A DNA stretch of 64,000 nucleotides from Felixounavirus NRG857CP1. The stretch lies in sequence record OZ035806.1. The stretch is one strand, 5' to 3'. The position numbers and the translations under genes were made by a program. Under the pieces are notes generated by a model. The model did not search any database. It was given only the letters and a program-made list of their open reading frames with translations, and was not told where the DNA came from. The number at the start of each line of letters is the position of its first letter. The first letter of the stretch is position 1. Shown in pieces: positions 18,138 through 28,545 of the stretch.

Positions 18138-18401
18138 TTGAGAGAGAATAAAATGTTTAACAAAAGTAAAGCTGTGAGTCATGTAGCAAAAGTTGACAGC
18201 AAGATTGAAGAACTTGAGCGCATCCTTGCAAATGCTAGAGAGTCAATAATTAAAGAAGTTGAAGCTGTTGAGTCTCAAATGCAGCACCTAATGCTTAAAC
18301 GTCAAGAGCTACGTGAACATCTAGAATATATTGAAACACGAGAGCTAAAGGTTAACAAATATTTTAAGGAGTCCGAATGTTTAACTCAAGAGAATCAGTA
18401 A
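18138..18401 (+). CDS. hypothetical coiled-coil protein
   Basis: 87 aa ORF with AGAGAATAAA RBS region. Confidence 0.35.
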   Translation: MRENKMFNKSKAVSHVAKVDSKIEELERILANARESIIKEVEAVESQMQHLMLKRQELREHLEYIETRELKVNKYFKESECLTQENQ

Positions 18402-19132
18402 AAAACTGGAACCTTCGTTGTGGAAACACTCAAAAGCAACCTTACAGTGATGAGTATTGGGAATCTTTAAAATCTCAATCTCTGTGTATGCTTGAAGAAG
18501 CAAAAGAGCTTGTAAAAGCAATTGAAGAGAAAGACCCCATTGAGACACTGGATGCTCAGGCAGATTTGCAATATGTTCTTGACGGTTTGATTTATCTGTC
18601 ACAACATGACCATAACGGTGCTATGAAAGCTGTTTGCCATAATAATGACCTGAAGTACACAGATAACTATGAAGAAGCTTTAAAACGTCTTGCAGACATT
18701 GAAAAGCGTACTGGTCAAGAGTGTATTATCAGAATGTCAGTAGTTGATGGTAAAGAGTGGTATGCTATTGTTCGTGCAGCCGATGGGAAGATTATGAAGC
18801 AATCAAATCTCCCTAAAGTACAGCTTGGTGAATACATTGTAGAACTTGAAAGCCAAGAACTTTTTGTGGTAGTATCTGAGACATGCGTTATTTGCAAAGG
18901 TATTGTAGGTAGCTTAAAGGATTTGGGTGTAGATGGTTTTGTAGAAGTTAATCCAATTACCTCTAAAGCAGATAAAGACTTCTGTAAAGAGAACGGACTA
19001 TGGATTGCAGATATTGTCTACTATGATGGTGAGCAGTTCCATGTAACCTCATACCCGAAACTGAATTATGATGCTAATAACCTGAAGTGCTGGTTAAAAG
19101 GGGTTGGTTATAATGGATTCACAGAACATTAA
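18377..19132 (+). CDS. hypothetical protein
   Basis: 251 aa ORF. Confidence 0.4.
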   Translation: MFNSRESVKNWNLRCGNTQKQPYSDEYWESLKSQSLCMLEEAKELVKAIEEKDPIETLDAQADLQYVLDGLIYLSQHDHNGAMKAVCHNNDLKYTDNYEEALKRLADIEKRTGQECIIRMSVVDGKEWYAIVRAADGKIMKQSNLPKVQLGEYIVELESQELFVVVSETCVICKGIVGSLKDLGVDGFVEVNPITSKADKDFCKENGLWIADIVYYDGEQFHVTSYPKLNYDANNLKCWLKGVGYNGFTEH

Positions 19133-19436
19133 TAAAGAGGGTGTGGCTCAGAAGAGCCACTTCTCAAACTACAATATTTCTATGACGGTGTTTATGAATG
19201 ACCCGTTACTAGAAAAATATGGTGAGACTCCAGATACACTTCTGGACAATGAACAAGTTTTAAAAGCAGTCCTGTACAAATACGGTATTGATATTGAGAA
19301 AGAGTATTCTTTTGAAATCTGCCAACACAGAAACACTTTTGGTAAAGTTGTGATGGCTCCACTCTTTATGGGCGTAGAAAGGACTGACTATGGCTGGTTG
19401 TATCTGAAAAGAAACTTGGAGAAATACCGTGTCTAA
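19104..19436 (+). CDS. hypothetical protein
   Basis: 110 aa ORF. Confidence 0.35.
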   Translation: MVIMDSQNINKEGVAQKSHFSNYNISMTVFMNDPLLEKYGETPDTLLDNEQVLKAVLYKYGIDIEKEYSFEICQHRNTFGKVVMAPLFMGVERTDYGWLYLKRNLEKYRV

Positions 19437-19764
19437 AGCAAAAAAGCTATCTTATGATGACATTATCTCAGGTGCTAAGTTAGGTGTTGATAGTATCGGA
19501 CAAGATGTTAAGCACGGAGACACAGTCATGTACTGTGATGACCGAAGAGGTAGAAGTGCAATCTTGTTTGGAAGAATTGTTTGCAAGATGAGAGGTAATT
19601 ACGTTGTTGCAGACATGGATGTGAACGTTACACAAAAACTTGAAACAATTATGGATGCTAGCGCACCATCATGGTTCCTAAATTGTATGCACACCTCGTC
19701 AGTCACAAAAGTAAGTGATAAGTTTTACGATATGTGGCAGAATGAGCAAATTTTCAAGATTTAA
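19429..19764 (+). CDS. hypothetical protein
   Basis: 111 aa ORF. Confidence 0.35.
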   Translation: MSKAKKLSYDDIISGAKLGVDSIGQDVKHGDTVMYCDDRRGRSAILFGRIVCKMRGNYVVADMDVNVTQKLETIMDASAPSWFLNCMHTSSVTKVSDKFYDMWQNEQIFKI

Positions 19765-19767
19765 ACT

Positions 19768-19793
19768 ATGGAGCCTCTTCGGAGGCTCTTTTC
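19768..19793 (+). terminator. intrinsic terminator
   Basis: GGAGCCTC-TTCG-GAGGCTC followed by TTTT. Confidence 0.6.
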
Positions 19794-19810
19794 ATCTGTA
19801 GGATTCAAAA

Positions 19811-22045
19811 ATGATTAAGACAATTAAAAAATCAAACGGTACAGTAGTAAGCTTTGACCCAGAAAGACTGAATAAGTGGGCATCATGGGCAGATAAACGT
19901 GGGATTATCTGGTCAGAAGTCACTATGGAAGCCATGAAACGTGTCTATGAGGGTTGCACTACAAAAGAGATGCACCAAGCCATGATTGATGTTTGTGTTG
20001 ATAAACAAACTCAAGAGTACTCAGATATGGCTGGACGACTGCTTTTGGGTATTATCTACAAAGAAGCCTTTGGAGGCTTTACTAAGGTTCCTACGCTGGT
20101 TACCTTCGTTAAAAATATGGAGAGAGCAGGACTTTGGGAGAAGATGGATTATTCACAGGAAGAGCTTGAATACCTGCAAGGTTACATCGTACACTCAAAA
20201 GATATCTCTTACGGTTATGCAGTCTTGAAACAGTTCAGAGACAAGTATGGTATCCGTGATATTAAAACAGGAAGACTTTTTGAGTCACCACAATTTATGT
20301 TTATGGGTATGGCTATGAAAGCCTTTGAGAAGCAACCAAAGCACCGTAGACTGCAAGATGTTATCAAGCTGTACACTTACCTATCTGACCTGAAGATTAA
20401 TGCTCCTACGCCTTATTTAAATGGTTTAAGAGCTACTAAATCAGGTTATGCGTCATGCTGTTTGATTAAGGCGAATGATACTGCTGAATCTCTAGGTATT
20501 GCTGCAAAGGTTGCCTATGACATGACCACAAAGCAAGCTGGTATTGGGATGCTGATGGAGACTCGCACTATTGGTGATGGCATCCGTCAAAATACTATTG
20601 AACACATGGGTAAGCTGCCTTATTATAAGCTTGTACGTTCATCTGTAGAGGCAAACAAACAGAAGAGTCGTGGTGGTTCAGCTAATAACTTCTACACTGC
20701 TCTAGACCCGCAGATTGAAGATTTACTGCGTTTGAAGCACCCTACAACGGTTCCTTCTAAACGTATTAATGAGATGGACTACTCATTCGGCACAAACGAT
20801 TATTTCTGGCAGTGTGTTCAGTATGATACAGATTGGTTGCTATTCTCTTACAAAGATGCACCAAAACTCTATGACATGTTCTACACAGCATCTGCTGATG
20901 AGTTTGCTATGGCAGTTGGTCACGCAGTACATTCAGGAGTTAAGCACAGACGAGTAAAGGCTCGTGAAATTGCTAAGCTGTTTATTCAACAGCGTTATGC
21001 TACAGGTCGTGTGTATCCATTCTTCACTAACAATGCAAACACGCATACACCATTTAAAGAGTCATTGAAGATGTCAAATCTTTGTATGGAAATTGTGTTG
21101 CCAGTGTATGGTTTTGAGAAAGAGACAGACCTTTACAGAGATGATGCTGTGAAAGAGGATGGTGAGGTGGCTCTTTGCTTCCTAGCTAGTTTGGTTGCAG
21201 GGAGAATTTCAGAAGATGAATACGCTGACGTTGCTTATTATGCTCTTGCAATGGTTGACTCCGTTATTGACCTTATGGATTATCCGTATCCGTCGATGCG
21301 TAACCATGTTCAGAAGCGTCGTTCTGTTGGGATTGGCCTTACAAATGTGGCTCATTACCTTGCGAAGAACTACGTGAACTACTCTTCACGAGCAGGTAAA
21401 ACGAAGCTTCATGAGCTTGCTGAAATGCACTCTTACTATCTGCATGAAGCCTCTCTGAGACTTGCTAAAGAGCGTGGTGTTCCAGAGTACATGAAGTTCA
21501 CTAAGTATCCTGAAGGCTGGGTTCCTCCAAAGACAGCTAACAAGAAGATTGATGAAAAGCATGATGCAAAACTAAGATATGATTGGGATGACTTAGCACA
21601 ACGTATCAAAGAGAATGGTGGAATCCGAAACTCTGTATTAGAAGCTTACATGCCTAATGAGAGTTCTTCACTAGCAACTAATACGACAAATGGCTTGTAC
21701 CCAATTCGTGACTTTATTTTAACTAAAAAATCTGCAACTGGTAACGTACTGTTTATTGTTCCAGATTATGAAGAGTTGAAGTATGTTTATGAAATTGCTT
21801 GGGATATTGACACCTTTGATATGATTGATTGTTATGCAATTGTTCAAAAGTTCACTGGTCAAGCTATTTCTTCAGACTTCTATGTTGACTATGCAAAGTC
21901 TAAGAAGGTATCATTGGCTCAAGCTTTGAAGTACATGATTTATGCCAACTCAGTTGGTATGAAAACCATGTACTACCTTAACAGTCGCATTGGTGTAGGT
22001 AAATCTGCACTGCAAGATGCTTATTGCGAGGGTTGTGGTGTTTAG
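19811..22045 (+). CDS. nrdA: ribonucleotide reductase class I large subunit
   Basis: 744 aa; catalytic-site motif SNLCMEI; C-terminal CEGCG cysteine pair. Confidence 0.9.
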   Translation: MIKTIKKSNGTVVSFDPERLNKWASWADKRGIIWSEVTMEAMKRVYEGCTTKEMHQAMIDVCVDKQTQEYSDMAGRLLLGIIYKEAFGGFTKVPTLVTFVKNMERAGLWEKMDYSQEELEYLQGYIVHSKDISYGYAVLKQFRDKYGIRDIKTGRLFESPQFMFMGMAMKAFEKQPKHRRLQDVIKLYTYLSDLKINAPTPYLNGLRATKSGYASCCLIKANDTAESLGIAAKVAYDMTTKQAGIGMLMETRTIGDGIRQNTIEHMGKLPYYKLVRSSVEANKQKSRGGSANNFYTALDPQIEDLLRLKHPTTVPSKRINEMDYSFGTNDYFWQCVQYDTDWLLFSYKDAPKLYDMFYTASADEFAMAVGHAVHSGVKHRRVKAREIAKLFIQQRYATGRVYPFFTNNANTHTPFKESLKMSNLCMEIVLPVYGFEKETDLYRDDAVKEDGEVALCFLASLVAGRISEDEYADVAYYALAMVDSVIDLMDYPYPSMRNHVQKRRSVGIGLTNVAHYLAKNYVNYSSRAGKTKLHELAEMHSYYLHEASLRLAKERGVPEYMKFTKYPEGWVPPKTANKKIDEKHDAKLRYDWDDLAQRIKENGGIRNSVLEAYMPNESSSLATNTTNGLYPIRDFILTKKSATGNVLFIVPDYEELKYVYEIAWDIDTFDMIDCYAIVQKFTGQAISSDFYVDYAKSKKVSLAQALKYMIYANSVGMKTMYYLNSRIGVGKSALQDAYCEGCGV

Positions 22046-22100
22046 TTTTAATAACTATGAGGGTCGTAAAAGACCCTCTAAAAATAACTTTGGAGAGACC

Positions 22101-22358
22101 ATGAAAGATTTAATAGAAAAACATGAGCGACCTATATACTTGCTCCACAAGCCTCGGAAAACGATGTACTATGTGAGTAGTACAGATATGATGATAAAAC
22201 AAAAGGATGACTCATGGGTTGCTGGTATCTCTTACATCTCCACAGTAGATGGTAAAATCTATGCAAGACCTTATGAGATGTTTAACAAAGAAAATTGGGA
22301 AGTTTTAGACAGAAAACAAGCCTCAGAAATGATAAAGAAAGGAGAAATCACACTATGA
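22101..22358 (+). CDS. hypothetical small protein between nrdA and nrdB
   Basis: start moved to internal Met after nrdA stop and a GAGGGTC hairpin; track ORF begins at 22017 inside nrdA. Confidence 0.35.
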   Translation: MKDLIEKHERPIYLLHKPRKTMYYVSSTDMMIKQKDDSWVAGISYISTVDGKIYARPYEMFNKENWEVLDRKQASEMIKKGEITL

Positions 22359-23428
22359 TTAACCAGCACCCAATCTTTTTAGGTGGTGAGAGAAAAACTT
22401 TTGACTCACTCAATAAGCACTACCCAAAAATCTTTGAACTTTATAAACAACAAAAAGCACAAGATTGGTCAGAAGATGAGTTCCCTTTTGAACAATCACG
22501 TCTTGATTTTGAGAGTGTCCCAGCATCAATGTCAGGTGTAATGCTTGAGATTCTTAAGTGGCAATGGGAAGCAGACACTCAAGTTGCTAAGAGCTTGGCA
22601 TTTGCCTTTGCACCCTTTATCTCTGACGACATCTATGCAACTGCAATTATGAAGCAGTCTGAGATTGAAAACCTACATGCTCTTACTTACTCAGAGATTG
22701 TAAGACAATGTATTAAAAACCCTGAAACAATCTTAGATGAGATTAACCAGAATGTTGCTGTGCAAGACCGATTAAAAACTGTGAATCGTGTTCTCGAAGA
22801 ATTGCTGGATGAGGGTATAAACTATCGACTGAGTTATGTCCGTGACTCACTTCTGGACAAAGACCCTTTACACTTCCATAAAGTGATTCTAAAAGGTCTA
22901 TTTGCAGTGACTGCACTGGAAGGTATTTCTTTTATGGCATCCTTTGCATGTACTTTTGCACTTGATGCTCAAGATAAATTTCAGGGTATTGCTCAAGCTG
23001 TCCAGAAAATTATGCTTGATGAAATCCTTCACACTAAAATTGATATTGAAGTTTTAAAAGAAACTTTAAGAGATGATGAGTGGCAGAAAGCTTTTCAACA
23101 GATTCTTCCAGAGATTAAAGTAATCTTAGATGAAGTAGTTGAAAGTGAAGAGAAATGGTCGTATTATATCTTCTCCGAAGGACGTGCTGTAGTTGGCTTA
23201 AATACAAAGCTTCTTCATGAGTGGGTTTACTATAATGCTGCACCACTGTATGATATGTTTGGCATTCCCAGAGATTTTGTAGCTCCTAAAGAACCACCTT
23301 TGAAGTACATGATTAAGAAGATGGAAATTGATAAAGAGCAGAATGCTAATCAGGAGCAACAGAACGGTGCGTACCTATTGAATACTGTTGTAGATGATTT
23401 GAATAGTGGATTTTTAGAGGTTCCTTAA
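22355..23428 (+). CDS. nrdB: ribonucleotide reductase class I small subunit
   Basis: R2-like; start at Met with AAGGAG RBS (track ORF begins 22295). Confidence 0.85.
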   Translation: MINQHPIFLGGERKTFDSLNKHYPKIFELYKQQKAQDWSEDEFPFEQSRLDFESVPASMSGVMLEILKWQWEADTQVAKSLAFAFAPFISDDIYATAIMKQSEIENLHALTYSEIVRQCIKNPETILDEINQNVAVQDRLKTVNRVLEELLDEGINYRLSYVRDSLLDKDPLHFHKVILKGLFAVTALEGISFMASFACTFALDAQDKFQGIAQAVQKIMLDEILHTKIDIEVLKETLRDDEWQKAFQQILPEIKVILDEVVESEEKWSYYIFSEGRAVVGLNTKLLHEWVYYNAAPLYDMFGIPRDFVAPKEPPLKYMIKKMEIDKEQNANQEQQNGAYLLNTVVDDLNSGFLEVP

Positions 23429-23670
23429 TGACTTATGTAATTTACTCCAAAACTGGATGCCCTCAGTGTGAGACTGCAAAGAATTTTGCAAAAGCTCGTG
23501 GTATTGACCATGTTGTGAGAATGTTAGGGCAGGATTATGAACTGTCAGACCTGATGGATATTGCACAGATGCCAGTTCGTCAGATGCCATTCATCATGAA
23601 GACTGATGGTCAAAATCTAAAACCTGTTGGGATGCTACAGAATTTTATGGCAGAGGTGAATAATGCTTAA
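23428..23670 (+). CDS. glutaredoxin / NrdH-like redoxin
   Basis: 80 aa with CPQC active-site motif near N-terminus. Confidence 0.65.
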   Translation: MTYVIYSKTGCPQCETAKNFAKARGIDHVVRMLGQDYELSDLMDIAQMPVRQMPFIMKTDGQNLKPVGMLQNFMAEVNNA

Positions 23671-23869
23671 ACGCCTTTGGGAAGGTTTGGTTGTTGATGC
23701 ACCAGCCATTGTGATTGGTATGCTTGTTGTTAACCTATTTACTGATTTTGAACAAGGTTCATTGTTTGGAGCCATGCTATTATGGGTTATCTTTGAAATA
23801 TTAGAGATACAGCTAGGCATCACTGAAAAACTAAGAGAAATCTTTGCGAAGTTTTCTAAAAAGATTTAA
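23663..23869 (+). CDS. small hydrophobic protein
   Basis: 68 aa ORF, predicted membrane segments. Confidence 0.3.
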   Translation: MLKRLWEGLVVDAPAIVIGMLVVNLFTDFEQGSLFGAMLLWVIFEILEIQLGITEKLREIFAKFSKKI

Positions 23870-23874
23870 AATGA

Positions 23875-23900
23875 AAGGGTCTCTTCGGAGACCTTTTTAG
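23875..23900 (+). terminator. intrinsic terminator
   Basis: AAGGGTCTC-TTCG-GAGACCTTTTT. Confidence 0.55.
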
Positions 23901-23917
23901 CATGTAAAGGGGCAATA

Positions 23918-26062
23918 ATGAACAAAGTACAGATTATTAAAAAGAATGGCTCACTTGAAGAACCTGATATCAAAAAAGTTTTAGCAGCAGTCACAAAATC
24001 AGCTAACAGAGTTGGTTATAAAGAGCTTCCACCAGATGTTACTCAAGCTCTTGAGTCAGCATTTATGAGGATTCTGGTAAAGTCCACTAAGCAGAATAAT
24101 TTGCTAATTTCGGTAAATGATATTCACAGTATTGTTGAGGGTGCTTTGGCAGAAGTCAATCACGAGATTTATGAGTCTTACTCAACATATAGAAATTACC
24201 GTAAAGAAGTTGCTCAAAATTGGGATGAACTCTACCAGAAGACTAAAGATACACTCTTCTTAGGTGACCGTGAAAATGCTAACTTTGACAGTAGTTTAAT
24301 TTCTACAAAAGGTTCAATTATTCGTGGTTATCTGACTAAAGAAATCTTTAAACAGTACCATTTAACACCAGAGGAACTGGAAGCCATTGAAAAAGGATTT
24401 ATCTATATCCATGATTTAAGAGACCTGATTTTTGGTGGTATCAACTGTTGCCTGTTTGACATTGGTAAAGTCCTGAAAGGTGGCTTTGAAATGTCTGGCA
24501 TCGAATATTGTGAACCAAAGTCTGTGCTGTCGGCCTTACAGGTTATTGGTGACGTAGTTCTTTCAGCAACTGCACAACAATTTGGTGGCTTTACTTTAGC
24601 AGAGATTGATAAGGTACTTGTACCGTATGCTAAGAAGTCTCTACGCTATCATGCTGAGAAAGCAGCATCTTATGGTATTCCTAAAGAACATTACCACAAT
24701 TATGTCATGGAGCAGCTACAGATTGAACTGACTCAAGGTTTCCAGTCACTTGAAATGAAACTAAACACTGTACCTTGTAGCCGTGGGGATTTTGCATTCA
24801 CAACTTTGACATTCGGGTTACTTGACTCAGATATGTCCAATGAAGATAACCGACTGCAATATATGATTGCAAGTACCCTCCTAGATGTTCGTATGAATGG
24901 TCAAGGTAAGAGCAAGAAACCTGTTGTATTCCCTAAACTGGTTTATATTTATGACCAGAAGAGACATGATGAAAATATCTGTCAAAGTCACCTGTACAGT
25001 AAAGCTATTGAGTGTTGCTCTAAAGCAATGTATCCAGACTTCTTAAGTGTATCTGGTCATGGTGCTGTAGCAGAGGCTTTTGAGCGTTCTGGCAAGGTTA
25101 TTTCGCCGATGGGTTGCCGAGCGTTCTTATCTCCGTATCTTAACGAGAATGGGGAAGAGTTCTACGTTGGTCGTGCTAACATTGGTGCTGTATCTTTGAA
25201 CTTACCAATGATTTACCAGTATTCTAAAGAGAATGGTTTAGATTTCTGGAAAGAGCTTGATAAGTACCTAGAGATGATTCGTAGTTTCCACAAGAAACGT
25301 TACGAAATGATTGCTAATATGCCAGCAAGTTCTAACCCTCTTGCATTTACACAAGGTGGTCTGTACAAAGGAACTAAGAAGCCTACTGACAAGGTTGGTT
25401 GGGATATTGTGAAGTCCTTCACAGCTTCTTTTGGTGTTACTGCGCTTGATGAGCTATCTGTTCTTGCTGAAGGTAAACGACTTCATGAAGTTGGAAGCTG
25501 TAGTTTTGCATACGATGTTCTGGCATACATCAACATGAAAACTGAAGAGTTTAAAAATGAAGATGGCTTCTTATATGCCGTCTATGGTACTCCAGCAGAA
25601 TCACTTTGCGGAACTCAGTTAAAACAGTTCAGAGATATGTTTGGCGTTATCAAAGGTGTTTCTGATAAGGAATACTTTACAAACAGTTTCCATATGAATG
25701 TTGCAGCAGACATCTCACCATTTAAGAAGCAGGACTTAGAAGAGCCATTCTTCCATATCTGTAGAGGTGGTAGAATCCAGTATGTCAGGGTAGCTAATCC
25801 AGAAAACTTAACAGCACTTAAAAGTTGTATTACCAGAGGGATGTTGAAAGGTTTCTATCAGGGGCTTAACTTTGACTTAGCAATCTGTGAACATTGTGGT
25901 AACAGACCAAAGGCTGATGTTGAAGAATGTGAGGTTTGTCATTCACACGATATCTCTGTGATTAACAGGGTGTGCGGGTACTTGTCATTCACAAAAATTA
26001 AAGGTCAGTCTCGAATGAATGACGCTAAGATGGCAGAAATTAAGGATAGGGTTTCTATGTAG
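23918..26062 (+). CDS. nrdD: anaerobic ribonucleoside-triphosphate reductase
   Basis: 714 aa; C-terminal zinc site CEHCG..CEVCH and glycyl-radical motif RVCGYLS. Confidence 0.9.
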   Translation: MNKVQIIKKNGSLEEPDIKKVLAAVTKSANRVGYKELPPDVTQALESAFMRILVKSTKQNNLLISVNDIHSIVEGALAEVNHEIYESYSTYRNYRKEVAQNWDELYQKTKDTLFLGDRENANFDSSLISTKGSIIRGYLTKEIFKQYHLTPEELEAIEKGFIYIHDLRDLIFGGINCCLFDIGKVLKGGFEMSGIEYCEPKSVLSALQVIGDVVLSATAQQFGGFTLAEIDKVLVPYAKKSLRYHAEKAASYGIPKEHYHNYVMEQLQIELTQGFQSLEMKLNTVPCSRGDFAFTTLTFGLLDSDMSNEDNRLQYMIASTLLDVRMNGQGKSKKPVVFPKLVYIYDQKRHDENICQSHLYSKAIECCSKAMYPDFLSVSGHGAVAEAFERSGKVISPMGCRAFLSPYLNENGEEFYVGRANIGAVSLNLPMIYQYSKENGLDFWKELDKYLEMIRSFHKKRYEMIANMPASSNPLAFTQGGLYKGTKKPTDKVGWDIVKSFTASFGVTALDELSVLAEGKRLHEVGSCSFAYDVLAYINMKTEEFKNEDGFLYAVYGTPAESLCGTQLKQFRDMFGVIKGVSDKEYFTNSFHMNVAADISPFKKQDLEEPFFHICRGGRIQYVRVANPENLTALKSCITRGMLKGFYQGLNFDLAICEHCGNRPKADVEECEVCHSHDISVINRVCGYLSFTKIKGQSRMNDAKMAEIKDRVSM

Positions 26063-26069
26063 AATACAA

Positions 26070-26633
26070 ATGAATTACGAACTAATATATAATGCAATTA
26101 TTAAAAAGGCACATTCTGAAAGGGGTGTGCCTCTCACATACTACAAATGTCAAGGTAAGGGTTATGAAAGACACCATATCATACCAGTATGTCTAGGTGG
26201 CGATAAAATTAGTGGAGATAACATTGCTTTACTTACACCTAGAGAGCATTATATAGCTCATAAATTACTGGTTAAGATGTATCCAAACAATCATAAGTTA
26301 TGGTTTGCATGGAGCAGGTTAGCTCATGATGGCCTAGATAGGAAAATATCATCCAGAGACTATGAAAAGGTAAGGGCTTTAAACTCGAAAGCTCTATCGA
26401 TTGTGAATAAAGGTAGGGTTTTCACTGAAGAGCATCGAAGACGATTAGGAGAAGCTCAAATAGGTAATACAAAGTCAAAAGGTTGTAAAAGGTCTATGGA
26501 AACAAGGAAGAAGATGTCAGAAGCCGGAAAAAAGCCAAAGAAAAAGAAAACTTGCCCGCATTGTGGCATGACTGGTGGTGCTGGTAACATGACTCGATAT
26601 CATTTTGACAATTGTAAGAAAAAAAAAAAATAA
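26070..26633 (+). CDS. HNH endonuclease inserted between nrdD and nrdG
   Basis: YERHHIIPVCLGGD...NIALLTPREHYIAHK HNH core; C-terminal CPHCG zinc finger; start at Met after nrdD stop. Confidence 0.6.
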   Translation: MNYELIYNAIIKKAHSERGVPLTYYKCQGKGYERHHIIPVCLGGDKISGDNIALLTPREHYIAHKLLVKMYPNNHKLWFAWSRLAHDGLDRKISSRDYEKVRALNSKALSIVNKGRVFTEEHRRRLGEAQIGNTKSKGCKRSMETRKKMSEAGKKPKKKKTCPHCGMTGGAGNMTRYHFDNCKKKKK

Positions 26634-26654
26634 CCTTATGTAAAACTTGACAAG

Positions 26655-27041
26655 GTGGTGTGGGTCTTGATAGGCTTACATCACCTTTTTATTTGGAGTT
26701 ACATTATGGACTTGTGGCTTTATGTAGCAGTTTGTGGGATTGTATGTCTGATAATCTTATTTATTCTTGGAATAATGCGATTTAGAGACATCATACAGTC
26801 AGATTTTTTGCCTGAGTTTGCCATGATGGTTGGAGTTATTGCACTTTGTGTCTTGGCGGTGTTCTATTCATACAAAACTGTGATATGGATGAAGTCAAAC
26901 AATTGTGTAAAAACTCATCAACATCGTGAGGTTACTTATTTTGTGAGTGTACTTAGTGGGAACACCACTGTACTTGTCCCACAAACTTCTGTAGAGTATC
27001 TTTACACATGTGATAATGGTAAAACTATATGGTGGAATTAA
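26655..27041 (+). CDS. hypothetical membrane protein
   Basis: 128 aa, multiple hydrophobic helices; start codon uncertain. Confidence 0.3.
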   Translation: MVWVLIGLHHLFIWSYIMDLWLYVAVCGIVCLIILFILGIMRFRDIIQSDFLPEFAMMVGVIALCVLAVFYSYKTVIWMKSNNCVKTHQHREVTYFVSVLSGNTTVLVPQTSVEYLYTCDNGKTIWWN

Positions 27042-27244
27042 CAATGGCAACACTCTTAAAGGTATTGACACCCACACTACACATAGTAATCTTCTTCTTT
27101 GGGGTTAGTGTTATGGTATGGGGTTTTTCAGACCCACAATGGAGTTTCTCATATCATGGTCAGATGGATTTATGGTCATGCTTCAAACCATTTTTAGGGT
27201 TAGTCATAGCATTCAGTGCATTACCAACTAAGGTGAAATTATGA
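27029..27244 (+). CDS. hypothetical small membrane protein
   Basis: 71 aa hydrophobic ORF. Confidence 0.3.
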   Translation: MVELTMATLLKVLTPTLHIVIFFFGVSVMVWGFSDPQWSFSYHGQMDLWSCFKPFLGLVIAFSALPTKVKL

Positions 27245-27636
27245 TTAAGTTGAGTCAAAAACAGTTAGAGTGGATTAAAGATTATGCCTCAGAGTGTGGC
27301 TCTTGTGAAAAGAATCACGTAAGATACTCAACATTCCACACGGTCTTCACATTGTATATCGGCGACAATGTTCTAAGTGATTCTGTAGAAGATGGTGTAG
27401 CATTGCCTAATGAATTGCTTGACAAATTAGCTGTAGTCACTGGAACTTGGTCTGAAGAAGATGGTCACGAACTATCTGATGATGTTGTCTTCTACAGTCT
27501 TGAAAACATCATGAATCCAGAGTACATTATGCTAATGACTTGCGCACAAGATTGTGTACCATTACAAAACTTCATTAAAGAGCACTGTGAAGAATTTATT
27601 ACTAAACAGGTTCCTTGTCAGGTGGTGTTTGAATGA
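27241..27636 (+). CDS. hypothetical cysteine-rich protein
   Basis: 131 aa ORF. Confidence 0.35.
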   Translation: MIKLSQKQLEWIKDYASECGSCEKNHVRYSTFHTVFTLYIGDNVLSDSVEDGVALPNELLDKLAVVTGTWSEEDGHELSDDVVFYSLENIMNPEYIMLMTCAQDCVPLQNFIKEHCEEFITKQVPCQVVFE

Positions 27637-27695
27637 GTAAAACAATTCGAAGAAAAGGTTTAAAGAACGTTTATATTTATTGGTGAGGTAACTAG

Positions 27696-28181
27696 ATGAA
27701 TTACATGGAGATTAGGCCATTTGACACAGCTAATGGTGAAGGGGTTCGTGTAAGCCTCTTCGTAGCTGGTTGTAAGCATCACTGCGAAGGCTGCTTTAAC
27801 AGGGAGTCTTGGAAGTTTAATGCTGGTAAAGAGTTTACTTATGCAAACCTCTACGGTATCATTAAGTTAATGGATGATGAGGCCATCAGTGGGTTGTCAA
27901 TACTCGGTGGAGAGCCTCTGGATGATAGAAATATTCAAGAGGTTACCAACATATGCAAGCGTATTAAAACTGTTTATCCAGAAAAGTCTATATGGCTTTG
28001 GACAGGTTTTCAGTTACATGAAAAAATTCACCTTGATGTGATGAAATATGTTGACGTGGTGATTGATGGTAAGTATGATTCATCTAAACCAACAGTTAAA
28101 CCGTATCGTGGTTCAGATAACCAAAACCTCTGGAGAAAAGAGTACGGATGGCAAGGTGATTGTCAGTGGAGAGCAGAGTGA
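27696..28181 (+). CDS. nrdG: anaerobic ribonucleotide reductase activating protein (radical SAM)
   Basis: CKHHCEGC radical-SAM CxxxCxxC motif near N-terminus. Confidence 0.85.
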   Translation: MNYMEIRPFDTANGEGVRVSLFVAGCKHHCEGCFNRESWKFNAGKEFTYANLYGIIKLMDDEAISGLSILGGEPLDDRNIQEVTNICKRIKTVYPEKSIWLWTGFQLHEKIHLDVMKYVDVVIDGKYDSSKPTVKPYRGSDNQNLWRKEYGWQGDCQWRAE

Positions 28182-28261
28182 TTATTCTGGCAAATGGACT
28201 AAGGTATAACTCCAATTGGTATCACTGAAGAAGAACTTCATAAGTTCTGTATTAAACTTTA

Positions 28262-28543
28262 ATGAGAGAGGCTAAAATGGGAATTTTAGGTAATATGAAA
28301 GCTGGCTTCTTGAAGGCACTGGCAAAAGCAGCAGCAATCATTTCTATGACTGGAAAGCAGGTTGGTGTAGATGCTTCAGCAGTTGCACAAGTTCTTACAA
28401 GCCAAATTGAACAGCAACCTTACATCTATGTAGGCCGTGGCAAAGGTGGTAAGAAACAAGCCCACCGTCCGTCTGGTGCAGCAGCTATTAAACGAGCAGC
28501 CAAGAAAGCTCGTAACCGTAAACGTAATAAGAAGGCTAAATAA
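28262..28543 (+). CDS. hypothetical protein with basic C-terminal tail
   Basis: 93 aa; KKARNRKRNKKAK tail. Confidence 0.35.
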   Translation: MREAKMGILGNMKAGFLKALAKAAAIISMTGKQVGVDASAVAQVLTSQIEQQPYIYVGRGKGGKKQAHRPSGAAAIKRAAKKARNRKRNKKAK

Positions 28544-28545
28544 TC

